From the NCBI RefSeq assembly GCF_009914755.1, contig NC_060935.1: 64,000 nt of DNA; one strand, 5' to 3'. This document shows, piece after piece, positions 38,013 to 50,522 of the stretch. Each line of letters opens with the position of its first letter. Positions within the stretch are counted from its first letter, which is position 1. The position numbers and the translations under genes are program-made. The notes under the pieces were generated by a model that was not told the DNA's origin, made no database searches, and was given only the letters and a program-made list of their open reading frames with translations. The DNA is from the human T2T-CHM13v2.0 reference genome, Homo sapiens.

Positions 38013-39450
38013 AAGAAGCCGATGCCTTCTCTGGTCTTTCTACCTCTGCCACTTAGGGAGTAGAGCCTGCCAAATGGCTATAATGTCTTGGATGTTTCTA
38101 GAACCTCATTTTGGAAAGTTGTTAATTCCAGCCAGGCTGATCTGTGATCATTGCAAGTTGTTGCATCCTTGAGAGTAAGTAGAATTTGTGGCCTAGGTGT
38201 CCACTGTCTTAGCTTCATTCTCTCATGGCAGGAATCCTTAGTAGGCCACCTCAGCTGGAGTGACAGGGACGTGGTGAGGACAAAGGAGCCTCGATGGAGA
38301 CCCACTCTGGAACTGGATATGCCACCCATTTTAGGTCGGGGATGTCCTTTCTCTGCTACCCTGTCCCCACCGTCCCCACCACCCACCAAGAGCCTGGCTT
38401 CTGCACAGGACACCATTCACCAAGTGCTGCTGGAGTCTTTCCCACAGCATGCCAGGGGCCAGGGGTGTGGGGAAGGGCAGGGCTGCATGGAACGGCAGAA
38501 AGGGCCTGGCTTCAGTGCCCAGCACATCAGAGCCTCTGTTCCTCCCCTCGCCACCCACTGACCTGATGCGAATCCCATCCATCCCTAGGACCTAGGCTTT
38601 TACAACTGCAAAGTGAGGGGCCAGCTGAGATCACTGACTCCTACATCCCATGGCTCTGTGATGTGACTGGGGCCCCGAATGTGCCACGGTGGGTGGGTGT
38701 GGTTATTGCTCCCATTTCTTCTTCTGGCGCTCTGGGCTCCAATGGCTTCTGGTAATATTTGCTCTTCCTCACACAGGAAAGGCCTTTCCTAAGTGACTTC
38801 CTCACTCCAGGCCCAAGCCAAGAAACATGAACAATAAAAAGCCAGTCCAGTCCTCTGTCACAATTGCCTACAAACTTAATAAAAATGGATTTTGGGGCCC
38901 TGCAATAGTGCGCACAAGGCTTCCTCGTCAGCACTGAAGGTCCCCAGGCTGTGCCAGCCCCTCTAGAGGCAAGAAACCAATGGCAGATGGGTCTAGCCAG
39001 GACCCCTGGATGCCATAGGTGTGGGAGATCTGGTCCCCTTTGTTCAAGAGGGTATAAATTAGGCCTAACTCTGGATGGTAGCCACAGTGGAAACCAAGCA
39101 CATAGTAATGGACATTGAGGGGACCCAACCTTCAGTACACACAAGTGGGAGCAAATGTGCCCTGGAAGCCAGGACTGCTAGGTCCTGCTGACTTATATTC
39201 AGAAACAGGCCATCCCTATTATTAATAATGAAACACTCTGATACCTGCTAAGTTCCTTCTGTGCTAGTTCTGTGCCAGTCACTATGCTAAGCATTTTGGG
39301 TGCATTAAGTCATATAATTTGTTTATTCAAACAAAAATCAGTGAGCACTTGGTAGATGCCAGAAGCTATACTGTGCACTGGAGTACAGTGGGAAGCACAC
39401 AGACATGACTCCTGCTCTTAAAAAGTGAACAGTCAAGCATCACAATTCTT

Positions 39451-39591
39451 TTTTATTTTTAAGTTCTAGGATACATGTGCAGAATGTGCAGGTTTGTTAC
39501 ATAGGTATACCTGTGCCATGGTGGTTGGCTGCACCCATCAACCCTTCCTCTAGGTTTTAAGCCTCGCATGCATTAGGTATTTGTCCTAAAT
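39451..39591 (-). mobile_element. L1PA (L1PA7/8-like) extreme 3'-end fragment with TSD
   Basis: TACATGTGCAGAATGTGCAGGTTTGTTACATAGGTATAC..TAGGTTTTAAGCC..GCATGCATTAGGTATTTGTCCTAA; perfect 14-bp TSD GCATCACAATTCTT (39437-39450, 39592-39605). Confidence 0.92.
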
Positions 39592-39729
39592 GCATCACAA
39601 TTCTTGAACTTGGGTGTGCCTGCTATGAAAATCACCTGGCCACACCCTCCAAACAGAATCTTCACTTTCCTTCAAGTGCCCCATCTCTAATTCACACTCA
39701 GAAACACTGGTCTGGTGCTATGGAAGAAA

Positions 39730-40130
39730 TCTATTACTTTGCTCAGATGAGGAAACTGAAGTCCAGAGAGGCTAAGTAACTTGCACTAGACCACACAACT
39801 TGTAAGGGGCACAGTTGGGATAGGATCCCTGCTCTACCTGGTTCCGATGCAAAGCTCTTAATTACTACACTACCCTGCCTTCCTGAACCTCACCCAAATA
39901 ATTAGAGCAGTATTTACAGAGTATCAGATCATTCCATTGCTGTGCTATCTTTCCAACTACCAAACCACATGAGGTAGAAAGCATGACTGTCATCCCATTT
40001 TACAGATGATAAAAGGGAGCTCAGAGAGTTAAAGTAACTTGCTCAAGTTCACATGAATAGCAGGCCTCAATGCCAAGATTCCAAGTCAGACTTGACCAGT
40101 TGCACAGCTTCTGCTTTTTCCAACATTCCA
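39730..40130 (-). mobile_element. Two adjacent MIR SINEs
   Basis: CAGATGAGGAAACTGAAGTCCAGAGAGGCTAAGTAACTTG and CCCATTTTACAGATGA..GCTCAGAGAGTTAAAGTAACTTGCTCAAG. Confidence 0.8.
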
Positions 40131-41239
40131 TGCTGCTTCTTTGAATGCGCTTTCATAAAAGTAAAGAACAATGAGATGGAAAAAACAACAACCGAAACCA
40201 GTCTTAGCCTAAACAGAAGAAAAAAATGCAGATATCCTGCTAGCAGGCAAGGACTCAGGAAAGAGGGCTTCCTTCTCCCATGGGCTCTGGGTCACCTGTG
40301 CCCCCAGGAGCCAAACCCCATGATGGGAAATTCCAAGCTGTGTGTCCATGTGCAGCCATGTGGATATATATGCCAACCATGCCCACCTGTGGCAGGTATG
40401 CAGGCCACATTCAGATAAGCGCGTGCACAGTGTATCCAAGCCACACTCCTTGAAATCCTCACTCATGCCTCAGAAAAAAATCACCTTGTTGGCAAGTGGT
40501 CTTCCACCATCCCAGGCAGCAGTTGCCACAGGACCAAGAAAAACCACTAAAAAGCGTTTTCCCATCAAAAGAGGTTTTAGCAGCTGGAGTGCATGTGTAA
40601 AGGTCAGTCCTTCACTCAGGGGACAGCCAAGCCAGGGGAAGGAACAGAAGGGAAGGCTGAAGAAGCTCCCTGGGGGATGGTATTTGAAATTCTGCATTGT
40701 CCTGAGCTACCTGCATAAATGCAGTGCCCAAGGGAAGGCCTGGATCCCAGGGGGGATGTGGTCATTTGGCCTGCATCAAAATGACAAACACTTCTGTGCA
40801 GAGCATCAACTAGCATGCAAGGAAAAAGGTGGGGTGGGGAGCACATCACAGCACACCAGAAAAGAACAGAGCTAACTTCTCCAGGAGCTGAGACACCCTG
40901 GGGAGGTTCCCAGCTTTAGAACATTGGCAAACAAGCAGGATTAGGCCCCTCTTCTCCCCAGCCACTCAGCCAAGCTGCCACTATAATTCCTTTCCCAGGT
41001 GTCTGTGACACAATCTGAGCCCTGGTATCCCTGAGAAGGCTTACAAGCCCAAAGTGAGCCAGTTGTTTGAGCTACCCTTGAGCCACATCATAGTTGGAAG
41101 ATAGGGTACACAGGGAGGAGACCCAACCATCCCATCTGCCTTCGTGGACACCCACTCCACCTCCACACCCCTGTCAACCCAGCCAGGACCTGAGGCCATC
41201 GGGACTCCCTGTCTTATCCTCCCCATGCACTAGATCCTG

Positions 41240-41710
41240 CCACTGCTGCCTCTTTATTCTCTCCATTTCTGCCTTCCGCTCTCTGTGCCAACCACACCAA
41301 CCTGCTGCCTGAGGCTCTGTCACATCATCTCTTGCCTGTACTTGAGGACATCCCAGCGCTTATCATCTCAGAACCTACAATCCCGTCTCTATAGTCCTCT
41401 ACAAATCAAATTCTGCCACTGCAATGCTGTAAAAGGTATCACGGCTCCCATTGCTCACTGGATAAACACAAAATCTTGACTGTGCCTTCGAAGCCTTTCC
41501 CAACCCAGATCCAGCCAACCTACCTAGTGTTATCTACTGTCCACATACTCTGACCTCTAACCATACAATTACACCTATTCCTCAAACAGGCCTTGGTATC
41601 TACTGCAGTAGATACCCCGAATGTTGATGATGTCTTCCAGGTTTCTCATCCTTCCATCTTATAAATTATCTGAGGACCTGGCATAGAGCAGGCACTCAGA
41701 TCAATTTTCG
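41240..41710 (+). mobile_element. L2 LINE fragment
   Basis: GGCTCCCATTGCTCACTGGATAAA..CCTGGCATAGAGCAGGCACTCA. Confidence 0.6.
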
Positions 41711-41714
41711 GTCA

Positions 41715-41815
41715 GATGGATGGATGGGTGGGTTGGGTGTGTGGGTGGGCAGATGAGTAAGTGGGTGGGAGATGTGTATGGATGAATGGATAGATGGGTA
41801 GGTGGATGGATATGG
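41715..41815. repeat. Degenerate (GGAT/GGGT)n repeat at an L2 tail
   Basis: Direct inspection. Confidence 0.85.
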
Positions 41816-43819
41816 AATCTTCTTTTTTTTTTTTTAACTCTTGTCATTTTCATCTGATGCCTCTCTGGGAGGCAGACAGCCTGACCAGACATTTTCAAAC
41901 ACAAAGGCAGCTTGGCTACTACTTTTAAACTGATTAATATGAAGGATGAAAATAATAATGCCTATGTTGAAGAGCTGCTGTGAGGATTAAATGAGAAACG
42001 TACAGAAAGTATTTAGCCTTGTGCATACACATAGTAGGTGCACAACAAATGACAGCCACTGCTGTTGGAACAAGGTCCTAATAACATGTGCATTCCTTTG
42101 CCTTCCAGTGGGCAGGACCCAGGTCCTCTAGCTTCTCCTAGTTCTGGGTGAGACAGATCTTTCCTGAAGGCTGGAGTGAAGGGTGGGGGTGGAGGCAGCC
42201 ACAGAGGAGCTCCTGACCTACTTTGTGCAACTTCAGGCTCAGGTAAGGCCCCTAGACAGTGAATGATGCAAAGAGCATTCAAAGCCAGCTACAGATAATA
42301 AGGCCTGTGGGACCAGGCACTCGGGGTGGCTTTCTTCAGCATGGTCTGCTCAGCCTCTGGCAATGCCCATGGCCTGGGCCTCTATGAAGTTGCCAGGCAT
42401 GCGTCCCTCCCCACAAACAAAGGAAGGCAGCCCCGGTCATCCAGGCTGCAGGAAGCCCCTCTTTGATACCCATTCAGAAAGACAACGAGAGTTAAGACAA
42501 ACCTGCTCCACAGGACCTGCTTGCTCAAGCAAGCCCCTGCTCGAGACCCTGCTACCATGAATCTTAGGGTTCTAAGCCATCTCCCTGAATCCATACATTC
42601 CCTTCTATCCCATCCTCTACGCTGCAATTGGGGTGAGCAATATTAACATAGATCTGATCCTATCCCTTCCCAGCCTAAAATTCATTCCATGCTTCCTTAG
42701 GAAGTCCAAATTCCTTAGCCTGGCATTCAAGGCAGCCCTTCCAGCCTCTCAGCCTGCCCTATATGTATGCTCTATCTACCATTCCTGTAACGTACCATGC
42801 TCCTTCAAACTGACAGGCCCTTGCATGTGCCATTCCCTCCGCCTGAAACTCCCAAGTTGCTCAGAGAGTAAATGGCTGAACCAGGACTCCAGGCCCTATC
42901 TTCTGACTCTGAATTCTAAACTCCTTTGGTGGAAAGGGCTTGGGGATTCCAGAACAGCCCTACCTCATGATGCAAGATGCCAGGACAGACCTTTACCATT
43001 TTTCATTTCCCAGATTTTCTAAATTTGCCATCATTTCATATCACTGTGTGACACTGTGAACAGCCAATGGTTGCATGAATAAAGCCAGCACAGGCTGCAA
43101 TCTGCATCTCCAAAAGTTTGAATAGCTCAGCTGCAAAAGTGAGCACAGGCTGACATTTCCAATCAATCTTGTCCTTGCCTTCAGTTCCAGTGCACTGCAT
43201 GGAACACCCTAGTGAGACTGCAGTAGGTAGAAAAAAGAGAGAGGCAGCCTCTGTCATCCCAAGCCACAAGGAAACATCTTTCCAACACCCATTCAGAAGG
43301 CACCAAGCACTAAGACAAAACTGCTCCATCCAACACAAAGACCTACTTGTCCCAGCTAGCTTCTGACCCCTGCCACTGTGCTCACAGGAACCTCTGCATG
43401 GCCTCCATGTCCTCTGACATCTGGACCTCCTGGGGTTCCTGAGCCAGACCCTCCCCATTTGCCAGAGGGAAGGCCTCTGAAAGCCTCCTGCCCATCTGCA
43501 CAAAATCATTCACTCCTCTCCATCAATAATGACTTTGCCCATCTAAACAAGTTCTGAATGCAGTAAGCCTCAGGCACACAAAAATAAACACATGCACAAT
43601 TTATCACTTTTCCCAGGTTGACCAACTCCACTTTTGCAGGCTAAAAGTTTCTTATCCAAGGCAGTACATGTAAATTCAATTAACAGATCTCTATGCTGAT
43701 GGCAGAAAACTCAACACAAATACAAATCTTCTTTGCTAATCACAATAGATGTTTTCCTGGTGAACAATAGATGCTTCATCTACACTTTCACTCATACTAA
43801 TGTACTTTATATTAGCTGT

Positions 43820-44272
43820 TGTGGCAGAGGCTACTAGTTAGAACACTCAAATTATGGCTGGACACATGGCTTCCCAGAAAGAAGACTACATTTCCCAGCT
43901 TCCCTTAAATTTTGGCGTGCCTATGTAACTACAGTATGGACAGTAGGGTATAAGAGAAAGTGGTATATGTAACTTCTCAGAACTGTCCTTAAAGAGAAGG
44001 GATATATGCTTCTCCATCCTCCTTCCTGCTGGCTAGAATGCACACATAATGACTGGAGCTGCAGCAGCCGTTTCAGACCACAAATCAGAAAGCTCAGGTT
44101 GAGGATGACAGCAACAAGCTAAAAAGGGCCCAGGCCTGTGATCCTGGAAGAGCTAGACCAGTCCCAGACTGCTTAACTCCAGCCTTCTTGAATTTGAGAG
44201 AGAAATACACTTCTATCTTGCTTAAGCCACCATTATACTATCCCTGCTGCTAAATCTAATTCTAACTGATAC
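43820..44272 (+). mobile_element. MLT1J-type MaLR LTR
   Basis: GTGGCAGAGGCT..GACTACATTTCCCAGCTTCCCTT..CCTTCCTGCTGGCTAGAATG..GAGAGAAATA..TTAAGCCAC..CTAACTGATAC. Confidence 0.8.
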
Positions 44273-45565
44273 GGCAGATGACCTAAAAAGGCTTGGTCTG
44301 CACTTCTAGGAATCTTCATCTATATCAGTGCCAAACACTGCTCATGAGACCATTCTGTCCCACATGTTTGGGCCTCTTTAAGGGGCTTCTTCCATCCAAA
44401 TGGAATAATTGGCCCCAGTCCTTCATAAGAAGTTGGCACTGGCACAGGCCACCTTGGTCCTTAAGTGCTGCTCCACCCTTCTATCTGGCCTGACCTTCCA
44501 GTCTGATTTCCACTGGCTAGCTTTTCTGGCCTACAGCTCTTTCCCATTATCCCCATTTCCTCCCCAACATTGCATACAGGTGGTTTTTATTTCAAGTAGT
44601 GGTAACCTTCTTTGAACTGTTCTAGCTACAACCCTAGTGGCTGGGCTGGGACCCTAAGCATTGACCTCCCCTGCCCTGACACACTGGAGGAGAACCTAAC
44701 CCACACAAATATCCTTGTAGACTTGCTCCCTTCCTTATTCAGCCTACACCTGAAGAAGGGTGGAGGAGGGGAGGAAGTCATGCTGGGGAAACAAAGTCAA
44801 GGGCCTGTCCTGGTTGATTTGCTTTCTCAAAAAGCCAAGCTGCCAGCCACCCAGCTCTGGCCACTGGAGCTTACTGGAGCTGAGGAAGGCTCACATTATA
44901 CAGTGGCAGATGCCATTGAAAAGGCAGCCTGTGCCTCCAGGACAGGACTCTGATGGCAGCCCTAGAGAGCAGAGAATCAAGCAGCATTACAGGGTGTTAC
45001 AAACCAATGCATCCAGTAGGCAAGACACAGGGGCAGGGACTGCTCAGCTCTGAGCTCCTGCAGAAAACAGGCACCAGTTGTCCCAGTCCAGGTGGAAACA
45101 CAGGGTACAGTGTCTAGACCACAGTGATAGCTTCCAGCCCACCCTGGGATCTAGTCTCCTGGATCAGCAGGTTGCTAACACCTCTTCCCCAAAGGCTTCC
45201 ATGCTTCGGACCTCTCAGAAAATGATGCAAGGGGATCTCAAGGCAGTCCCATTCCCACAGTTTTCCAACTGGACACATTGATTGTTTAGCACTCTGCAGT
45301 TGGGGAAACTTGGCCAATCCTTGTGCCATGTGAGGCCCAGAACTGTGTAACCCCCATCCTCATCCATTGTCACACAGGGCTCTTCTGAAAGCCTTTCTTT
45401 TCTCTCCTCACCACCTACCTCTTTCTCTCTAACTGGCCGTAATTTATAAATAAAGCATTTCCGAAGTTGTCCTAGATTCTCAGATTACAAGTGCATAGGA
45501 TACTCATTGACACAGACAGGTAAGGACCACAGGAGTCCCATGCCATGGGAGTGTACCGTCTGGAG

Positions 45566-45763
45566 CAGCATTATCCAACAGAACTTTCCGCAATGGAAAT
45601 GGTCTAGATCTGCGCTGTCCAAGGTGGTAGCCACCCAGCCATATGTGGCTCTTGAAATGTGGCTAGTGCAACAGAGCAGCTAAGTGTTAATTTTCTTTAA
45701 TTTCACTTAATTTAAATGTAAACAGCCACATGTGACTAGTGGCTACCATCCTGAATATTGTAG
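45566..45763 (+). mobile_element. MER3 hAT-Charlie MITE
   Basis: TCCAACAGAACTTTCCGCAATGGAAAT..TGCGCTGTCCAA..TTGAAATGTGGCTAGTG..AGCCACATGTGACTAGTGGCTACC. Confidence 0.85.
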
Positions 45764-46575
45764 TTCCAGGGGAGTTACACGAATAAGCCAATAGTTGTCT
45801 TAATAGAGATTTAATTGTTATTGCAGTAAGCAGCATGGAGAGGAAGAGCAACACACAGTGAGGTGTGCAATGGGGGAATTTCACCTTTCCTGGGGGAGAG
45901 GGAACATCACTCTGAAGCAGTCACATTTCAGTGGGTGATCCAACTTTGGATATAAAACTGAAACTCTATACGGTACCAAAAAAAAAAAAAAAGCCCAGAA
46001 GAAAATAACCAAAAACATTTTTCAGATACTCTATAACAAGTTCACTTTATTTATATAAAGAATAAACTTCTTTTAAGTGGGTCAGCTCAATACTCTACAT
46101 TTCTCTCTGAGGAAAATAAACTAAATAAAGTTGCTACCCATTTATATGTGGGCCAAACCTGATTTTTTTTTTCTTATGCAACAGAGGTCTGTCATAGAAC
46201 AAGGTGTTCTTCACCCTCCCCTGAAGGAAAACGGACAAGTTGGCGTTAAGACCACTGCCTTAGCCTGCGCTCTTCAAACCCCATGACTTCCCTTCCACCA
46301 TTAGAACCTCTAGTGCTTGAGGTCATCTCTGAAGTCATGGAGCGGAAACAGATTCCCAAAGCCCAGAAATTTCCAAGAACTTTGGCATCTTTGAGCTTCC
46401 TTGAAATCAAGGGTGCAGTGGCCTTAATTTCAGACTGGGGGGCTGTGATAGCTTACTCCCATGGAGAGAACAAAGCAGGGTGAAGGCTTTGGGAAAGTTG
46501 ATGAGAGCCAACTGGGAGAGCCACCAGGTAACTGCCCATTTTCTGGGCTGCAATAAGAACTTTAGAAAGGAAAAT

Positions 46576-47007
46576 TGTCTCACGCTTCCATGTGAAGAGA
46601 CCACCAAACAGGCTTTGTGTGGGCAACATGGCTGTTTATTTCACCAGGATGCAGGCGGGCTGAGTCCAAAAAGAGAGTCAGCAAAGGGTGGTGGATTATC
46701 ATTAGTTCTTATAGGTTTTGGGATAGGCGGTGGAGTTAGGAGCAATGTTTTGCGAGCAGGGGGTGGATCTCACAAAGTACATTCTCCAGGGTGGGGAGAA
46801 TTACAAAGAACCTTCTTAAGGGTGGGGGAGATTACAAAGTACATTGATCAGTTAAGGGTTGGGCAGAAACAAATCACAATGGCGGAATGTCATCAGTTAA
46901 GGCTATTTTCACTTCTTTTGTGGATCTTCAGTTGCTTCAGGCCATCTGGATATATACGTGAGGTCATAGAGGATATGATGGCTTAGCTTGGGCTCAGAGG
47001 CCTGACA
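46576..47007 (-). mobile_element. Solo HERV-H LTR (LTR7B / type II)
   Basis: Minus strand reads TGTCAGGCCTCTGAGCCCAAGCTAAGCCATCATATCC...GGACTCAGCCCGCCTGCA..GTGAAATAAACAGCC..GCCTGTTTGGTGGTCTCTTCAC..TGAGACA; type II repeats (CTTTGTAATCTCCCCCACCCTT); TG..CA termini; flanked by AAAT/AAAT. Confidence 0.93.
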
Positions 47008-47903
47008 AAATTGATAATGTATTCACTGAAAAGAAGGAAAAGGAGAAAGCAGCCATAGCCCTCTGGAAATGCAGGTCTTCAACAAGAGGCAGGGTTTCCA
47101 GGCAATGAGCCATGCATGTGAGAATTGTGGTCACCCACCCCTCACCTGCCACGGCCAAAATCTGGAAAGGAGCCCAGGACCCCAAAAAAGCTAGAAACTC
47201 CTCCAGCTGTCCCCCTACCCCATTCTTTCAGACATCCACATTATCACTCATCATGTTGTATCAAAGTTATCTTTGAGCCTTTACCTTCTCAAAAAGACCA
47301 AGAGCTTCTGGAAGGCAGGCCCTGGTTTGATACCTCCCAGCACGGGGCCTGGGGGACAACAGTTGTGACAATTGGCTATTGAGTAAATGCAAACAGCATA
47401 TGGGCAGCATAGTTTTCAAATCCCAGCCCAGCTTCCTAATGGCCATGAAACCCTGGGCAAGTTACTTAACCTAGCCTCAGAGTTGGAATTAAGTATGAGA
47501 AAGCATTTCAGGGTCAGCCTAGAGCCCTTGTAAGGGCTCAACAGCAGGGGCATACTGTGGACAAAGCAGGGATATACTGTGACCCTGCTAAGAACAGAGT
47601 GATTCCCACAGACCCCACACCCTTATGCAAAGGACTTGTCTTTGACCAGAGGCTAAATCCAGCATTCTAGCTTCTGCATGGTTCTGTCAGCCTTTCTCAA
47701 GAAAGACAACAGCCTGGTTTATTAAATAACCAGGTCCCAGCCTCACCTCAGCTCCAGGTCTCTGCTCCACACCCAGCCCCTGACACCCCACCCACATTCC
47801 TGAGCCACTCCAGACTGAGATCAGCAGTTTGCCAGGAGCCACAGCTTCCCATGCAAGGGTCTCAGCCCTGGGCTTTGCTTACTTGGGTGAGTTTAATCTA
47901 GAT

Positions 47904-48086
47904 CAGTAGTTTTCAAGTAGTTTTCAAGCTATTCACCCAGGACCAACAGAATTAGTGTCTCCTGGGAACCTGTGAGATATGCATTCTGGGGCCCAAATGA
48001 TATACCCACTGAAGCAGAAACTCTGGGGTGTGGGAAAGCAAGCCCTCCAGGTGACTCCGACCTACTCTCAAGTTCGAGAACCACTC
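47904..48086. mobile_element. MER5A hAT-Charlie MITE
   Basis: CAGTAGTTTTCAAG..CCTGGGAACCTGTGAGATATGCA..CAGAAACTCTGGGG..CAAGCCCTCCAGGTGA..AAGTTCGAGAACCACT. Confidence 0.85.
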
Positions 48087-48627
48087 TGAAGTTTGGCCTA
48101 GTTTTCCTTTCTTTATCCCACCGCTTCCTGCTTCCAGATTAGTTATCTTCCCATGCCACCAGGGTGCTGAGGTCCTGAGTAAACCTTCCCACCTGCTGCA
48201 GCATTTCAGAAGACCCATCTATGTATACTTTGCCTTCCCAGTCAAGCACCTGGGGCCAGCCACGACTGGAACCAAGACACTGCCAGGCAGCAAGGCTGCC
48301 CCTCCAAAGCCCACCTCCACAGCTCCTGTCTTGTCCCAGGGCATGGACGGGACCCAGGCCTCTGTCACCCCCTCCCTGCCTGCCTCTCCCAGAGTTCCAC
48401 AGGCCAGAAGGAATCCAAGATCTGGGTCCTGCCTCCATGGAGGGAGAGAGGAGGGGTAGTCAGGGGAGGGAAAATGCCTTCAAAACTCACTGAAGGAGAA
48501 ATGGGAAAGCCCCTGGGAAGGCCCTTTATGGAAAGGAGAAGTGTGGAGAGGACTGAGAAGCACCAAGCTCCCCCCCAGCACCCCCACAATTCCCACCCGA
48601 TGGCAGACACTGCTAACCAGCTGCCCC

Positions 48628-49024
48628 CGGGAGCCCTTCCAAGTGGTCCTCTCTTTAAGTTTCACTTCCTGCTGAGCCAAGTCGCCCGCAGCTGGGTGCC
48701 AAGGTCGCCTGCCATGTCCCTGATTGCAAGTCCACAGTGTAGCTGAGAAATCCATTTAACTCTTAGAAAATGCATGGGCACATCCCTAAGGCAGCCCCGG
48801 AAAATTTGCCACAGAGGACACGAGCGGCTCGGGCTCTGCCTGCCTGATACTTCCGTAATTATACATTGATTACTGCTCCCCTTCTGCACTGCTGGCCCAC
48901 CGCGCAGCACTTCGTAACTACAAAAGGGTTTGCCAGTTACAGGCAAGGGGAATCAATCTTCTGTTGAGTGATGCGTCCTCCCCGGTGGTCACCACACCCT
49001 CCGCTGACTGGCGGCTTCTTCCCG
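48628..49024. promoter_or_regulatory. CpG-retaining, non-repetitive enhancer-like segment
   Basis: 17 CpGs counted in ~400 bp; ETS (CACTTCCTG, ACTTCCG), E-box CAGCTG, NFI half-site TGCCAA, TAATTA. Confidence 0.4.
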
Positions 49025-50419
49025 ACTCAGCTCAGCAGACCAGTTAGTACCAAGCACCCATGCACCTGTGAGGACAGCAATGTTTCTGGAGCCATGGCTG
49101 TGACCTCCTAGTCCTGCCAATGCCCTTCCTTACATCTCAGTGGGCTTGTTCCCCTTTGCCACAGCCTGGCCTTCTTTTCCAGGAGCCACTGGCTCTGGAA
49201 GAAGCATTATCACTGAGTGGAGAGGGGGCCACAGAGAGAAGTGGGGGACCACCGTGACGGGGAGGCACAGGTAGCCTCAGGGACACCTGTAATCTGTCTC
49301 CAGCATGTCTTTCAGCATGTCTTTCATGAAAGACATTACCTGTGCTTGTCAGCAAGTGTTACTTGAAAAAAAAAATGAGGGGGAGGGATGGGGAGCTAAA
49401 CTTCTGAGATGAAATTCATTTAAGACACCCTGAAAGTTAACCAGGCTTTCTTACTATAAAGTGTCTCCAAGCCTTTAGTGTGATTAATGTATTTAGGTCA
49501 TTCCTGATACAGATTTTCAAATGTATTTGTTCACAGAACTCCATTCCCCAGAGCCTGGAATGGAACTGATGTTCCATGGAACATCTTTTGGGAACTGATG
49601 CTATCTCACCGGCTATGTTGGAAGAAGTGTGGCTGATTCCCTCACATGGCTCACACACAGCCAGCTCTCCCCTAGACACTCTACTTATGGAAAGTGTCAG
49701 GGGAGAGGCAAGAGAATCCAGATTCCAGGACTGCAGGGCCTGTTTCTGACAGTGTCTGTCTGAGCCCAGGGTCTCTGAGCAGGGGTGAGGGTCCCGGAGG
49801 GAGCAGACAGGCAGAGTGGAACAACAGGGCTGGTCCTGCGCAGCCTCCTGGGAAGGAAACACAGAATCTCTGAACCTACTCTTGCAGGCACCTTCCTTGC
49901 ACTTTGAGATTGTGGTCTCACTAAATCTTACCAACAACCCAATAAAGTGTCTATCATTTCTGCCATTCTACAGTTGTGGAAATTGACACTTAAAGAGGCT
50001 AAGAAATTCGGAGTCATCGGGACTTGAACTAAGGACTCTGAATGATGAATCCTGCTCAGGATCCCTGATGGGCTGCTCAGGGCGGGGGTGCCTATCCCCA
50101 CCCCACCATTCATGCCAGCCAAGCTGCCAAGGACCCAGCCCCTCTCTGACAGCCAACAGGCTGCAGGGTTCTCTGTTTTCAGGAGATCTAGCTAGAGAGC
50201 ATTTTCCTGACACAGTGTAAACGTTTGCCAGAAACAGGCTTCTCATCTTCCCCAACCCCAGCTTAATCCACGCTCCAGTGCTTAGGAGCTCAGACTGCGA
50301 CAGCATCAGCCCAGGAGTGGCCACGTGCCAGCAGGCGTGCAGCTTAAAACACAGGTCTGGCGTGAGTCTCCTGTGACAAAGCTCTCCTGGGCCCTGGCTA
50401 CTGACTTTAACCTGGCTTT

Positions 50420-50522
50420 GAATGCCCTGGCTTTAGACTTCTAATCTCCAGAACTATGAGAGAATAAATTCCTGTTGTTTTAAGCCACCCACTTTATTAC
50501 AGAACCCTAGGAAATTGAAACA
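50420..50522 (+). mobile_element. MLT1 (B/C-type) LTR 3' fragment
   Basis: GACTTCTAATCTCCAGAACTATGAGAGAATAAATTCCTGTTGTTTTAAGCCACCC. Confidence 0.75.

Noticed and set aside
45611-45631. REST/RE1-like GCGCTGTCCAAGGTGGTAG
   Set aside because: Lies in MER3 and lacks the essential GCTGA end of the motif
46480-46986. 168-aa ORF
   Set aside because: Runs antisense through LTR7B; no gag, pol or env motifs
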